From an uncultured Pseudomonadales bacterium (GTDB taxonomy: Bacteria; Patescibacteriota; Microgenomatia; UBA1400; MFAQ01), in assembly GCA_964564895.1 (NCBI GenBank), contig CAZMCB010000002.1:2721-66720 (forward strand): DNA of 64,000 nucleotides, in the 5' to 3' direction. The translations under genes and the position numbers were made by a program. Under the pieces are notes generated by a model. That model was not told the origin of the DNA and did not search any database. It saw nothing but the letters and a program-made list of their open reading frames with translations. Shown piece after piece: positions 1 to 7,925 of this stretch (the first letter of the stretch is position 1; each line of letters opens with the position of its first letter).

Positions 1-3
1 GGT

Positions 4-339
4 TTAATTGACAAAGACAACAGATTCAACTTTGGTGATTCTTTGCTCGTGATCTTCGATTTTAGGACGATAGGTAGAAGTTACTTTGTTTTCGATATGT
101 AACTTATGGATTTCTCCAACAAGATTATCTTGAATAGTGAGCATTGTGTTTTTGAGGTCAGAAATGTCATCTTTTATTCCAGAAATGTTACCTTTTATTC
201 CAGAGATATCTTCTTTAATCTCATTTAATTGGTTTTGAACATCAAGAAAGCCTTCTGCGGTGCGAGAGTCAAGCTTTTCGAGTTCCGCTTTAGTAGAAAA
301 AGTCTTTTTTAGCTTTTTGACATCTGCGTCCGTGATCAT
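4..339 (-). CDS. hypothetical coiled-coil protein with tandem short repeats (DISGIKGNISGIKDDISDLK)
   Basis: Complete ORF. Repetitive heptad-like peptide mirrored by ~21-nt DNA direct repeats. No recognisable family. Confidence 0.4.
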   Translation of the reverse strand: MITDADVKKLKKTFSTKAELEKLDSRTAEGFLDVQNQLNEIKEDISGIKGNISGIKDDISDLKNTMLTIQDNLVGEIHKLHIENKVTSTYRPKIEDHEQRITKVESVVFVN

Positions 340-376
340 AGTTTCAGTATAACAAATATCTTGCTATGATTTAGTA

Positions 377-1459
377 ATGCAACTAATTGTTTTTATACTC
401 ATGCTCTCGGTTTTGATTCTTATCCACGAACTGGGGCATTTCTTGATGGCACGATTATTCAAGATGAGAGTGGAGGAGTTTGGAATTGGCTTACCTCCAA
501 GAGCTAAGGGCTTGTTTAAACGAGGTGGAACATTATTTAGCTTAAATTGGTTACCCTTGGGAGGATTTGTGAAACTTTACGGTGAGGATATGGAAAACCC
601 CGAGCAAGCGGCATCTCCTGAAGCTTTCTTTAATAAACCGATGTGGCAGAGAGCGGCAGTGTTATTAGCTGGAGTAACGATGAATTTTATATTAGGTGTT
701 GTCCTGTTTGGCGTGGTGTACTCATATCTAGGAATTCCGACAAAGACAGATAAGGTGATGATTGTAGAGATAGGTCAAGACTCACCAGCTGCATTAGCTG
801 GAGTAACTGCTGACAGTCAGGTATTGAAAATGATTGAAGGACAAAATGAAATTACTTTTTCGGGGATTGAGGATTTTGTAATGAAGGTTGACGGTCTCAA
901 GGGAAAAGAAATAGAGATGGTTTTGTTGGAAAAAAGCGGAAGGGAGAAGTCTGTGAAGCTAACTCCTCGTGTAAACCCTCCAGAAGGGCAGGGAGCACTC
1001 GGTGTGGCACTATCAAGCATGGAAATGAAGAAGTACCCGATTTGGCAGATGCCTTTTAGAGGAGCTGTTGTTGGTTTGGAAGAAGCATGGGGATGGGGAA
1101 AAGAAATCGCAAGCAATTTGGGAATGATATTTGTAAATCTAGTAACCGGAAAGGGTTTGCCAAAGGATGTATCCGGTCCTGTTGGAATTTATGAAGTAAG
1201 TAAGGAAGTATATAAAGTTGGCTGGGTGGCTGTGTTGCAGTTTATGGGAATACTTTCTATTAACTTAGCAATTCTTAATGTAATGCCATTTCCGGCGTTG
1301 GACGGCGGAAGAATTGCATTTCTTGGGGTTGAGAAAATAATAGGAAAAGGCAAGAAAAATAAAATTGAAGGATATGTAAATACTTTTGGAATGATTTTCT
1401 TGTTGGGACTGATGCTACTTATTACAGTCAAGGATGTTATTAAGTTGTTTGTAAAATGA
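377..1459 (+). CDS. rseP: RIP (site-2) zinc metalloprotease, M50 family, RseP-like with PDZ domain
   Basis: HELGHF zinc motif near N-terminus, internal PDZ-like segment, C-terminal LDGG motif, multiple TM segments. TGA stop overlaps next start (ATGA). Confidence 0.85.
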   Translation: MQLIVFILMLSVLILIHELGHFLMARLFKMRVEEFGIGLPPRAKGLFKRGGTLFSLNWLPLGGFVKLYGEDMENPEQAASPEAFFNKPMWQRAAVLLAGVTMNFILGVVLFGVVYSYLGIPTKTDKVMIVEIGQDSPAALAGVTADSQVLKMIEGQNEITFSGIEDFVMKVDGLKGKEIEMVLLEKSGREKSVKLTPRVNPPEGQGALGVALSSMEMKKYPIWQMPFRGAVVGLEEAWGWGKEIASNLGMIFVNLVTGKGLPKDVSGPVGIYEVSKEVYKVGWVAVLQFMGILSINLAILNVMPFPALDGGRIAFLGVEKIIGKGKKNKIEGYVNTFGMIFLLGLMLLITVKDVIKLFVK

Positions 1460-2160
1460 ACGAGCCGGAAATAGGACAGGATATAAGTTTAGAGAAAAAT
1501 CAGGATAAAAATACTGTAACGATTACTGATGTAAATGAAAACATGCACCAAATAGGTGGAACTTATCCTAAACATAAAATTGAGGCGCAGTCAGAAATGG
1601 GAAGAGAAATGAAAATAGTTTTGAAAGATGTAAATGAAACAATTGACGAAAGATATTTTTTCCCAGGGGAAACTAAGAACATGAGTTCGGCAGAAAGATA
1701 CTATTATAAATGGAATCTATTAAGACAGAAAGGAATTCCCACAGTCGGATCGATGAGAATAGTTGATAGTGGTACTGTAGCAATGGGAGATATGACGGCT
1801 GATGGTAGTCAGTTTTTTGGTAAAGAAATTGTAAGTCGTTCTTTTGAATCAGAATATCAAAAAAAGAGACCACTATCCAAGACAGAGGAAAAATACTTGG
1901 AAATTAACCCAAGAGAAATAAAAGATAAACTTGATAATCTATTTATGGATGCTTGGAGGAAAGGAGTGATTTTGCCAGAAGATGATTATTATGATTTGCT
2001 GGTTCATCCGGATGGAACTTGGCAAGTGATGATACTTGATTTATCAAACTTGAGGCCAAAGAGAGATACTGATTTACTTGAGAACTATGAGGAAATGAGA
2101 AGAGATATGTCGACAGATGTAGACTATATTAGAAAGCATTTATTAAGAATTAAAGCTTAA
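1456..2160 (+). CDS. hypothetical protein, translationally coupled between rseP and HIT gene
   Basis: ORF with start overlapping rseP stop and stop overlapping HIT start (TAATG). No clear family; the LLVHPDGTWQVMILDL segment is faintly kinase/phosphotransferase-like. Confidence 0.45.
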   Translation: MNEPEIGQDISLEKNQDKNTVTITDVNENMHQIGGTYPKHKIEAQSEMGREMKIVLKDVNETIDERYFFPGETKNMSSAERYYYKWNLLRQKGIPTVGSMRIVDSGTVAMGDMTADGSQFFGKEIVSRSFESEYQKKRPLSKTEEKYLEINPREIKDKLDNLFMDAWRKGVILPEDDYYDLLVHPDGTWQVMILDLSNLRPKRDTDLLENYEEMRRDMSTDVDYIRKHLLRIKA

Positions 2161-2507
2161 TGATCGACAAAGATTGTTTGTTTTGCCAGATAGGAGAACA
2201 CAAAGAGCCCGCGGAAATTGTGTGGGAAAGTGATGAGTTTATTGCTATTAAAAACAAGTATCCGACTGCCCCGATACATGTATTAGTTATGCCGAAGCAT
2301 CATATAAAAAAGGCTGAAGTTGGGACTAGCGAAAGTGGTATGTTCTGGGGTAAAATAATGCCAGTCGTTTTTGAAGTGGTTGCTCTGCTTAGCCTAGATA
2401 AAACTGGGTACAAACTAGTAAACAATGGAGCAGGTTACAACCACTTTGAGCATGAACATATTCATATTCTGGGAGGTTCTAAAACTGAACCAGGTGGATC
2501 AACATAA
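2160..2507 (+). CDS. HIT family (histidine triad) nucleotide hydrolase
   Basis: C-terminal HEHIHIL histidine triad (HxHxHxx) and overall HIT-like length. Confidence 0.8.
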   Translation: MIDKDCLFCQIGEHKEPAEIVWESDEFIAIKNKYPTAPIHVLVMPKHHIKKAEVGTSESGMFWGKIMPVVFEVVALLSLDKTGYKLVNNGAGYNHFEHEHIHILGGSKTEPGGST

Positions 2508-2538
2508 CGATCAAAAAGAAAGGTAGGTGTATCTATTT

Positions 2539-2763
2539 ATGGCACTCGTTGCAAGAAAAAAACAAGGACAAACCACACAACAACTCATTAGTGAATTTAA
2601 AAAATTGACTTATGAAGATTCTGGACTCGAAAGGGTTAAATCTGTGGGAATGACTGGTTTCCAAAAACCTTCTACTGTACGTAACATCAAGATGATCGAA
2701 CTTCGTAAAGCTTCGGCTAGAATTCGTCGTCGTAACAAACGCGCAGCTGGAATTACCAAATAA
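2539..2763 (+). CDS. rpsU: 30S ribosomal protein S21 (putative)
   Basis: Basic 74-aa protein. Pattern VARKKQ..LISEFKKL..SGLERVK..FQKPSTVRN resembles S21 (VVRKNE..ALRRFKR..TGTLAE..YEKPS.KRK). Followed by yqeY as in the Bacillus rpsU-yqeY operon. ATG at 2539 preferred over GTG at 2527. Confidence 0.55.
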   Translation: MALVARKKQGQTTQQLISEFKKLTYEDSGLERVKSVGMTGFQKPSTVRNIKMIELRKASARIRRRNKRAAGITK

Positions 2764-2772
2764 TTAACTATC

Positions 2773-3201
2773 ATGCTCTACTCACAGCTTAAGTCTGAGA
2801 CCGTGACTGCTTTAAAAGCGGGAGATTCTCGTTTAGTAAATGCTTTGAAGTTTATCGTTTCTGAACTGGGATATGCTATCGACATGCGCAATGGTGAGCC
2901 CGCAGATGATGAAGTAATTCGTGTGTTGACCAAGGAAGCTAAGAAACGCAAAGACGCAATTGAGATCTATGAAAAAGCAGGTGACACAGCTCGAACTGAT
3001 CAGGAGAAGTATGAGCTAAATTTGATTGAGAAATATTTACCATCTTTAATGCCTGAGGCTGAAGTTGAAGCCGAAGTGGCTAAGATTGCAGCAGAGACCG
3101 GATTAACTGGAGGAAAACTCATGGGTGCGGTAATGGGTAAACTTCGTGGAAAAGCTGATGGAGGAGTGATAAATAAGATTGTGATGGCTAAGTTTTCGTA
3201 A
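2773..3201 (+). CDS. yqeY: GatB/YqeY domain protein
   Basis: Typical YqeY N-terminus (L..LK.ET..ALKAGD..RL..L) and C-terminal GK.MG.VMGKL.GKADG motif. Confidence 0.8.
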   Translation: MLYSQLKSETVTALKAGDSRLVNALKFIVSELGYAIDMRNGEPADDEVIRVLTKEAKKRKDAIEIYEKAGDTARTDQEKYELNLIEKYLPSLMPEAEVEAEVAKIAAETGLTGGKLMGAVMGKLRGKADGGVINKIVMAKFS

Positions 3202-3243
3202 TATTTTCCTTAATCCCTTTATACCTATTCCTTACAGAAAACG

Positions 3244-3360
3244 GTTGACGTTGAATTGCCTGCGCAATTCACGACCTGTCGCGCAGCGAGAAACCCTGAT
3301 GACTACATCAGGGACCGGGCTTTCTTACGCTTTGCGCGGTCTTTCTTCCAGGGACAGGTA
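3244..3360 (+). ncRNA. candidate structured RNA / cis-regulatory element upstream of ybeY (class unknown)
   Basis: GC-rich island in AT-rich DNA. Perfect hairpins GAATTGC-CTGC-GCAATTC and CCCTGATG-ACTA-CATCAGGG; hairpin GACCGGGC..(13 nt)..GCGCGGTC; enclosing long-range pairing CCTGTC...GACAGG. Confidence 0.25.
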
Positions 3361-3388
3361 TGTGGGATTTAGAGTAAAATATTAAATA

Positions 3389-3778
3389 ATGATTAAGCTT
3401 GATTTAAACATTGCTGCTGATAGTAGATATCCGTTTGACAGGAAAAGAGTTAAAGAGGCTTTGATTAAGACATTAATAGAACAAGAAATCGTTGATGGGG
3501 TAGTGAAGATTTCTTTATCTGTTGTGGGAGAGCGAAAAATTAAAGAGTTGGAGAAGAAGTATTTTGGAGAAGATAAAGTAACTGACGTACTATCATTTCC
3601 TTTGGAGGAAGGTATAGAGATGCCTGAAGACTTTGATGGACTAAACTTGGGGGATATCGTTATTTGCTACCCTCAAGCCAAGAGACAAGCTATTCAATGG
3701 AACAGAATCATAGATGAGGAGATAGAGTTTTTGGCTTGTCATGGACTACTTCACTTGTTGGGAGTACATCACGACTGA
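3389..3778 (+). CDS. ybeY: rRNA maturation endoribonuclease YbeY
   Basis: C-terminal HGLLHLLGVHHD matches the YbeY H..H..G..H zinc-binding motif. 129 aa. Confidence 0.85.
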   Translation: MIKLDLNIAADSRYPFDRKRVKEALIKTLIEQEIVDGVVKISLSVVGERKIKELEKKYFGEDKVTDVLSFPLEEGIEMPEDFDGLNLGDIVICYPQAKRQAIQWNRIIDEEIEFLACHGLLHLLGVHHD

Positions 3779-3843
3779 ATTTAGGCGTGATTTGTTATAT
3801 AATCCACAACGTACTTTAAGAATTTGTATTCATGGAGGTAGAG

Positions 3844-4221
3844 ATGGTAGATAAATTGAAAAAAGAGAATTGGCATGACATGGGGTATCTAAATGGTTTG
3901 GGAGTAATGCTTATCGATCGACTCAAGGACAAATCCTTTGATATCGTTTCTTTTCACTCAAAATTTAATCAAGGTCCGTATGTATTGGAAAACTGTCAGT
4001 TGAAGTCGAGCATAATTGAGGTTAAGGATACACTGGTGAAGATTCGCCTGAAACCATTTCGGAGCATTTCATTTGACTTACATGAAGATCCAAAAGTGAC
4101 AATTGAGTCTGATCGACAGATAAAGATAGTGCGAAAACTAAACTCGGAAGACACTGTCACTAGAATTATTCTGATAAATAATATTCCTAAGGAGGATGAA
4201 AGTGCTCAAGAAATCCAGTAA
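3844..4221 (+). CDS. hypothetical small acidic protein, paralog 1 of 3 in tandem
   Basis: GGAGG RBS 6 nt upstream of the ATG at 3844. Shares a SFD(I/F)V(S/Y)F..k....GP.VL block with the two downstream ORFs. Confidence 0.5.
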   Translation: MVDKLKKENWHDMGYLNGLGVMLIDRLKDKSFDIVSFHSKFNQGPYVLENCQLKSSIIEVKDTLVKIRLKPFRSISFDLHEDPKVTIESDRQIKIVRKLNSEDTVTRIILINNIPKEDESAQEIQ

Positions 4222-4573
4222 GTTTGTTTTATGTTACGACGATGTGACTTTATTGCTTGATTTTTTATATAGAGCCCTTAAAGACAGACAGTTTGATTTT
4301 ACGTATAAATTGTCGGATATGAGTGGTGAACCGGTTGTTTTACTAAATCAGCAGTTGTCTTCTGAGTTGGAAGATCCTATTCGGGCTGAGATCAGAGGAA
4401 AACGAAGAAATAGATCGGAAGTTTTGGTAATAATAACCGAGTCCGACGAACTCCTGATTTCAATATCAGGATGGAGAAAGCCGCTTTTTGTTGATCTTGG
4501 GGAAAAGGATCACGGAAAGATATCTATAACAAACGCAGATGAGGATGTGTACATCTTCCAAATTCATTGCTAG
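4202..4573 (+). CDS. hypothetical small acidic protein, paralog 2 of 3 in tandem
   Basis: Overlaps end of paralog 1. GGAGG at 4191-4195 favours GTG 4202 (alternative ATG 4196). QFDFTYKLSDMSGEPVVL and ISITNADEDVYIFQIHC blocks are conserved with paralog 3. Confidence 0.5.
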   Translation: MLKKSSKFVLCYDDVTLLLDFLYRALKDRQFDFTYKLSDMSGEPVVLLNQQLSSELEDPIRAEIRGKRRNRSEVLVIITESDELLISISGWRKPLFVDLGEKDHGKISITNADEDVYIFQIHC

Positions 4574-4587
4574 CGGGAAGGATAATA

Positions 4588-4968
4588 ATGAAAACAAAAG
4601 AACCGATTTGTTTTACTTTTCTTCTGTCGGAATGGACTCAGTCAACGGAAAAGCTCAGTGAAGCCATTGATGGACATTCAGGTTTTGATTTTGTATATCA
4701 GATGCACGATGAAACTGAAGAAACCGTAATTGAAGATTGTGAACCAAGAGGAATATTTAACACTCATATTCAAATGGAATTGGAAGAAAGAGAAGGCAAG
4801 CAATATCTTGTATTTTCTTGTACGATTCCGAAGAATATTCTTGGAAAAGAGGTAGGGATATTAATTACACCTCCGACAGAATTTGGATTGCAAATTGAAA
4901 ATGACGAAGACAACGGAATTGTTCATATAACCAATTCTGTTGGCGACCAGTACTGGTTTTACTTTTAA
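4588..4968 (+). CDS. hypothetical small acidic protein, paralog 3 of 3 in tandem
   Basis: GGAAGGA RBS then ATG 4588. GFDFVYQMHDETEETVI and IVHITNSVGDQYWFYF parallel paralog 2. Followed by a terminator. Confidence 0.5.
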   Translation: MKTKEPICFTFLLSEWTQSTEKLSEAIDGHSGFDFVYQMHDETEETVIEDCEPRGIFNTHIQMELEEREGKQYLVFSCTIPKNILGKEVGILITPPTEFGLQIENDEDNGIVHITNSVGDQYWFYF

Positions 4969-4977
4969 TAAAATACC

Positions 4978-5005
4978 GCCCTTGATGAAAATCAGGGGCT
5001 TTTTT
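4978..5005 (+). terminator. rho-independent terminator
   Basis: GCCCTTGAT-gaaa-ATCAGGGGC hairpin followed by TTTTTT. Confidence 0.6.
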
Positions 5006-5188
5006 GTGGAAAAATGATGGTTTAAGGCGATGGGGGAAACAAATTTAAAAAATTGAGTAAGTTTTGACGATAGTGAAGGGGGCAGGGAAATATGAAAATT
5101 GATACAGTTGCTCAAAAAACTGATTGTATCTGATATAGATTTTAGTAGTTGACACGAGTGAGGGGGACAACATAAGGTAATAGCTACC

Positions 5189-6730
5189 GTGAGCTTTTAT
5201 CAAAAATATCGACCAAAGAAAATATCTGAGCTAGACCTAGTGTCTGTGCGTGAGTCTTTGGAATCGACTTTGAAGAGTGGTAAAGTATCTCACGCTTATC
5301 TTTTTGTTGGTCCTAGGGGATCAGGAAAGACAAGCGCAGCCAGAATTTTGGCTCAAGTAATTAACTGCGAACAAAATCAAGGGAAAAAAGATAATTTGGA
5401 TGAACCGTGCGGAAAGTGTGATGCTTGTGTTAGTTTGAGTTCTGGAAGTAGTGTGGACGTAATCGAGATAGATGCTGCCTCAAGCGGTTTGGTTGATGAT
5501 ATCCGTGATCTGCGTGAGAAGGTACGTTTGGCTCCTGTAACACTTCCTAAAAAGGTTTATATCATCGATGAGGTGCACATGGTGTCAACAGCTGGATTTA
5601 ATGCACTTTTGAAGACTTTGGAAGAGCCACCAGCACACGCAATTTTTATTCTTTGTACAACAGAGTCTCAGAAAGTTCCTGAAACAATCATGAGTAGATG
5701 TGCCAGAGTGAATTTTACAAAAGCCAACAACAAAGAAATTGTAGGGTCCCTTATGAAAGCTGTTAAGGGAGAAGCTCTTGATATCGATGAAGAAGCTTTG
5801 CGAGAAATTGCTGAAGCAACAGACGGGAGTTTTCGTGAGGGTCATAAACTTCTGGAACAAGTAGCGTCATATGGCAAGACAATTGACACGGTTCTTGTTT
5901 TGCAGGTGTTAGGAATTGTTGGGAGACAATCTATAAAGAAGTTGCTGGAGGCTGCCAAAAAACGTGATTCTGGAAAAATTGTAAAAATCTTTGGGGAAAT
6001 GGAAAAGGCTGGAATAAAAGCGCAGGTATTGGCTACATCGCTTTTATCTGAGGTAAAAATTATGCTGGAAGAAAATCTGGAAAAAGGTGCTTCTATAAAC
6101 GATGAAATGAAACTTGTGGATGAGCTAATTGAGGCGACAGATAAAATAAAAGTGTCTCCCTTGCCTTTGCTTCCATTGGAAATTGCCCTTTTGACATTGG
6201 CAATCGATGACAGCGGGGGAGGCGTAACCTACCCAAAAGTTGAGACGCCTGCCCGGCCAGAAGAAAAGTCTGATGAAATAAAAACAGTAATGGCAGAAAG
6301 TGCGATACAGTCCGAAGAAACTGAGAATAAAGGTAATATAGTTGTCCAAAATTATGACGGGCCTTTGGTGGGAATTGAGAAGATAAAAACGGAGTGGATG
6401 GACTTTTTGAATGTGATGTCTGGCAGCTGCGGTTCTTTGGCAGGAATGCTTCGACTCGTTTCTCCAGTTGATGTAAAAGGAAAATCGATAACACTTTCTG
6501 TGACTTCAAGATTCCAGCAAGATATGCTCGAGCGAGAAGTAAAAAAGAAACTAATTGAAGAACAAATGACGAAGATCTGGGGACCGATGACTTTTAAGTG
6601 TGTCTTAGGTGAGAAGGGACCAGAGAGAACTATGGCAGAGCCAGAGGATATGAATGTGGAGCCTGTTGATAATGCAGAGATTGAGGACAAAGGAATAATT
6701 GGAGCGGCGGAGAAGATTTTTGGTGGGTAA
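5189..6730 (+). CDS. dnaX: DNA polymerase III subunit gamma/tau
   Basis: Walker A GPRGSGKTS, zinc-module cysteines (CGKCDAC), clamp-loader AAA+ architecture. GTG start. Confidence 0.9.
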   Translation: MSFYQKYRPKKISELDLVSVRESLESTLKSGKVSHAYLFVGPRGSGKTSAARILAQVINCEQNQGKKDNLDEPCGKCDACVSLSSGSSVDVIEIDAASSGLVDDIRDLREKVRLAPVTLPKKVYIIDEVHMVSTAGFNALLKTLEEPPAHAIFILCTTESQKVPETIMSRCARVNFTKANNKEIVGSLMKAVKGEALDIDEEALREIAEATDGSFREGHKLLEQVASYGKTIDTVLVLQVLGIVGRQSIKKLLEAAKKRDSGKIVKIFGEMEKAGIKAQVLATSLLSEVKIMLEENLEKGASINDEMKLVDELIEATDKIKVSPLPLLPLEIALLTLAIDDSGGGVTYPKVETPARPEEKSDEIKTVMAESAIQSEETENKGNIVVQNYDGPLVGIEKIKTEWMDFLNVMSGSCGSLAGMLRLVSPVDVKGKSITLSVTSRFQQDMLEREVKKKLIEEQMTKIWGPMTFKCVLGEKGPERTMAEPEDMNVEPVDNAEIEDKGIIGAAEKIFGG

Positions 6731-6993
6731 TTCTTCGATATTGTTTTTCCTCAATGAGACCTGTCGTCTTATACCGTTTTCAAAAACCGGATGTTCTCTG
6801 GCCAGCGCCAGAGCCATCCTTCGACTGGGCAGACGCAAAAATTTTCTCTGCGAGAAAATACCGGATTTTGCGTATGTGCGTATATTTTTGAAAAGGAATA
6901 AGACTTCGGTCTTTTATTTCGGAATACATTTTTCAGAATATATTGTTTAGGGCTTGTTGTTATAATGGGGTAGTTAAAAGTTAATTCAAAAAA

Positions 6994-7293
6994 ATGTTTA
7001 ATGGAATAAAACAATTCGGTTCTCAGGGTGCTGCCATTGCTAAGCTTGCAATGCTTCAGAAAAAGATCCAAGCTCACAAAACTGAAGTCGAAGAAGGGGA
7101 CGTAAAAGCTGTAGTTACTGGTGACGGAAAATTGAAAGAACTTTATATTGATGGTGAGAACATGAGTAAGGCTGCTAAAGTCATTAATGAAGCTATTACA
7201 AAGGCTCAGAAGTACTCAGCAGAAGAGATGAAAGATTCCATGGGTGACCTTTCTAAAGTACTTGCAAACATGCCGAAAGGAATGGGAATTTAG
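6994..7293 (+). CDS. ybaB: nucleoid-associated protein YbaB/EbfC
   Basis: 99 aa. Conserved position between dnaX and recR. Typical YbaB pattern (MLQKKIQ...V..DG.L). Extended -10 TGTTATAAT upstream at ~6958-6966. Confidence 0.85.
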   Translation: MFNGIKQFGSQGAAIAKLAMLQKKIQAHKTEVEEGDVKAVVTGDGKLKELYIDGENMSKAAKVINEAITKAQKYSAEEMKDSMGDLSKVLANMPKGMGI

Positions 7294-7298
7294 GACAT

Positions 7299-7907
7299 AT
7301 GCGCAGTATTAGGCCGGTTCAGAAAGTAATTGATGCATTTGAGTCTTTACCTGGTGTAGGGCCAAAGTCTGCGGCACGTCTGGCTTATTATCTTTTAAAT
7401 GTTCCTCAGGAAAAGCTAACGAAGTTTGGAGAGGCCCTAGAAAATTTGAAGAAAGATACCAAACTTTGTGCACTTTGTTTCAATGTGGGTGAAGAAGAGT
7501 TTTGTCCTGTTTGCCAAGATGATAATCGCGATAGATCTCAGGTTTGTGTAGTAGAAAACGCACTGGATCTTTTGGCCTTTGAGAGAGCAGATGGATATAA
7601 AGGGGTGTATCACGTACTTGGTGGTGTAATTAATCCTTTGGCCAATATTGGTCCTGATGATTTGCGAATTCCTCAGCTAATGGGAAGGGTAAAAACAAAA
7701 GAAATTAAAGAGCTTATCATCGCTACAAATCCAAATATGGAAGGGGAAGCAACGGCGATGTATATCACCCAAAAAATCAAGGATATGGGACTGGATGAAG
7801 ATATAAAAATTACGAGAATTGGGAGAGGTTTGCCAACGGGAGCCGATGTGGAGTATGCTGACGGTCAGACACTTTTGAGGGCACTTGAGGGTAGAAGTGA
7901 GATGTAG
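7299..7907 (+). CDS. recR: recombination protein RecR
   Basis: HhH N-terminus, C4 zinc finger CALC...CPVC, Toprim domain. dnaX-ybaB-recR operon context. Confidence 0.9.
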   Translation: MRSIRPVQKVIDAFESLPGVGPKSAARLAYYLLNVPQEKLTKFGEALENLKKDTKLCALCFNVGEEEFCPVCQDDNRDRSQVCVVENALDLLAFERADGYKGVYHVLGGVINPLANIGPDDLRIPQLMGRVKTKEIKELIIATNPNMEGEATAMYITQKIKDMGLDEDIKITRIGRGLPTGADVEYADGQTLLRALEGRSEM

Positions 7908-7925
7908 AATAAGCTAGCGGAATTT

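Noticed and set aside
3202-3388. RNase P RNA or tmRNA in the yqeY-ybeY spacer
   Set aside because: The region is too short (~190 nt). It lacks RNase P motifs (GGAAAGUCCGG, AGGGUGAAA), a tmRNA tRNA-like 3' end, and a tag ORF.
5585-6690. Several minus-strand ORFs (5585-5860, 6093-6509, 6125-6349, 6352-6690) inside dnaX
   Set aside because: They lie antisense to a well-supported conserved gene. They are low-complexity and lack RBSs, so they are shadow ORFs.
6699-6950. 83-aa ORF in the dnaX-ybaB spacer
   Set aside because: It has no RBS and an arginine/leucine-rich low-complexity translation. The region is better explained as structured non-coding spacer.
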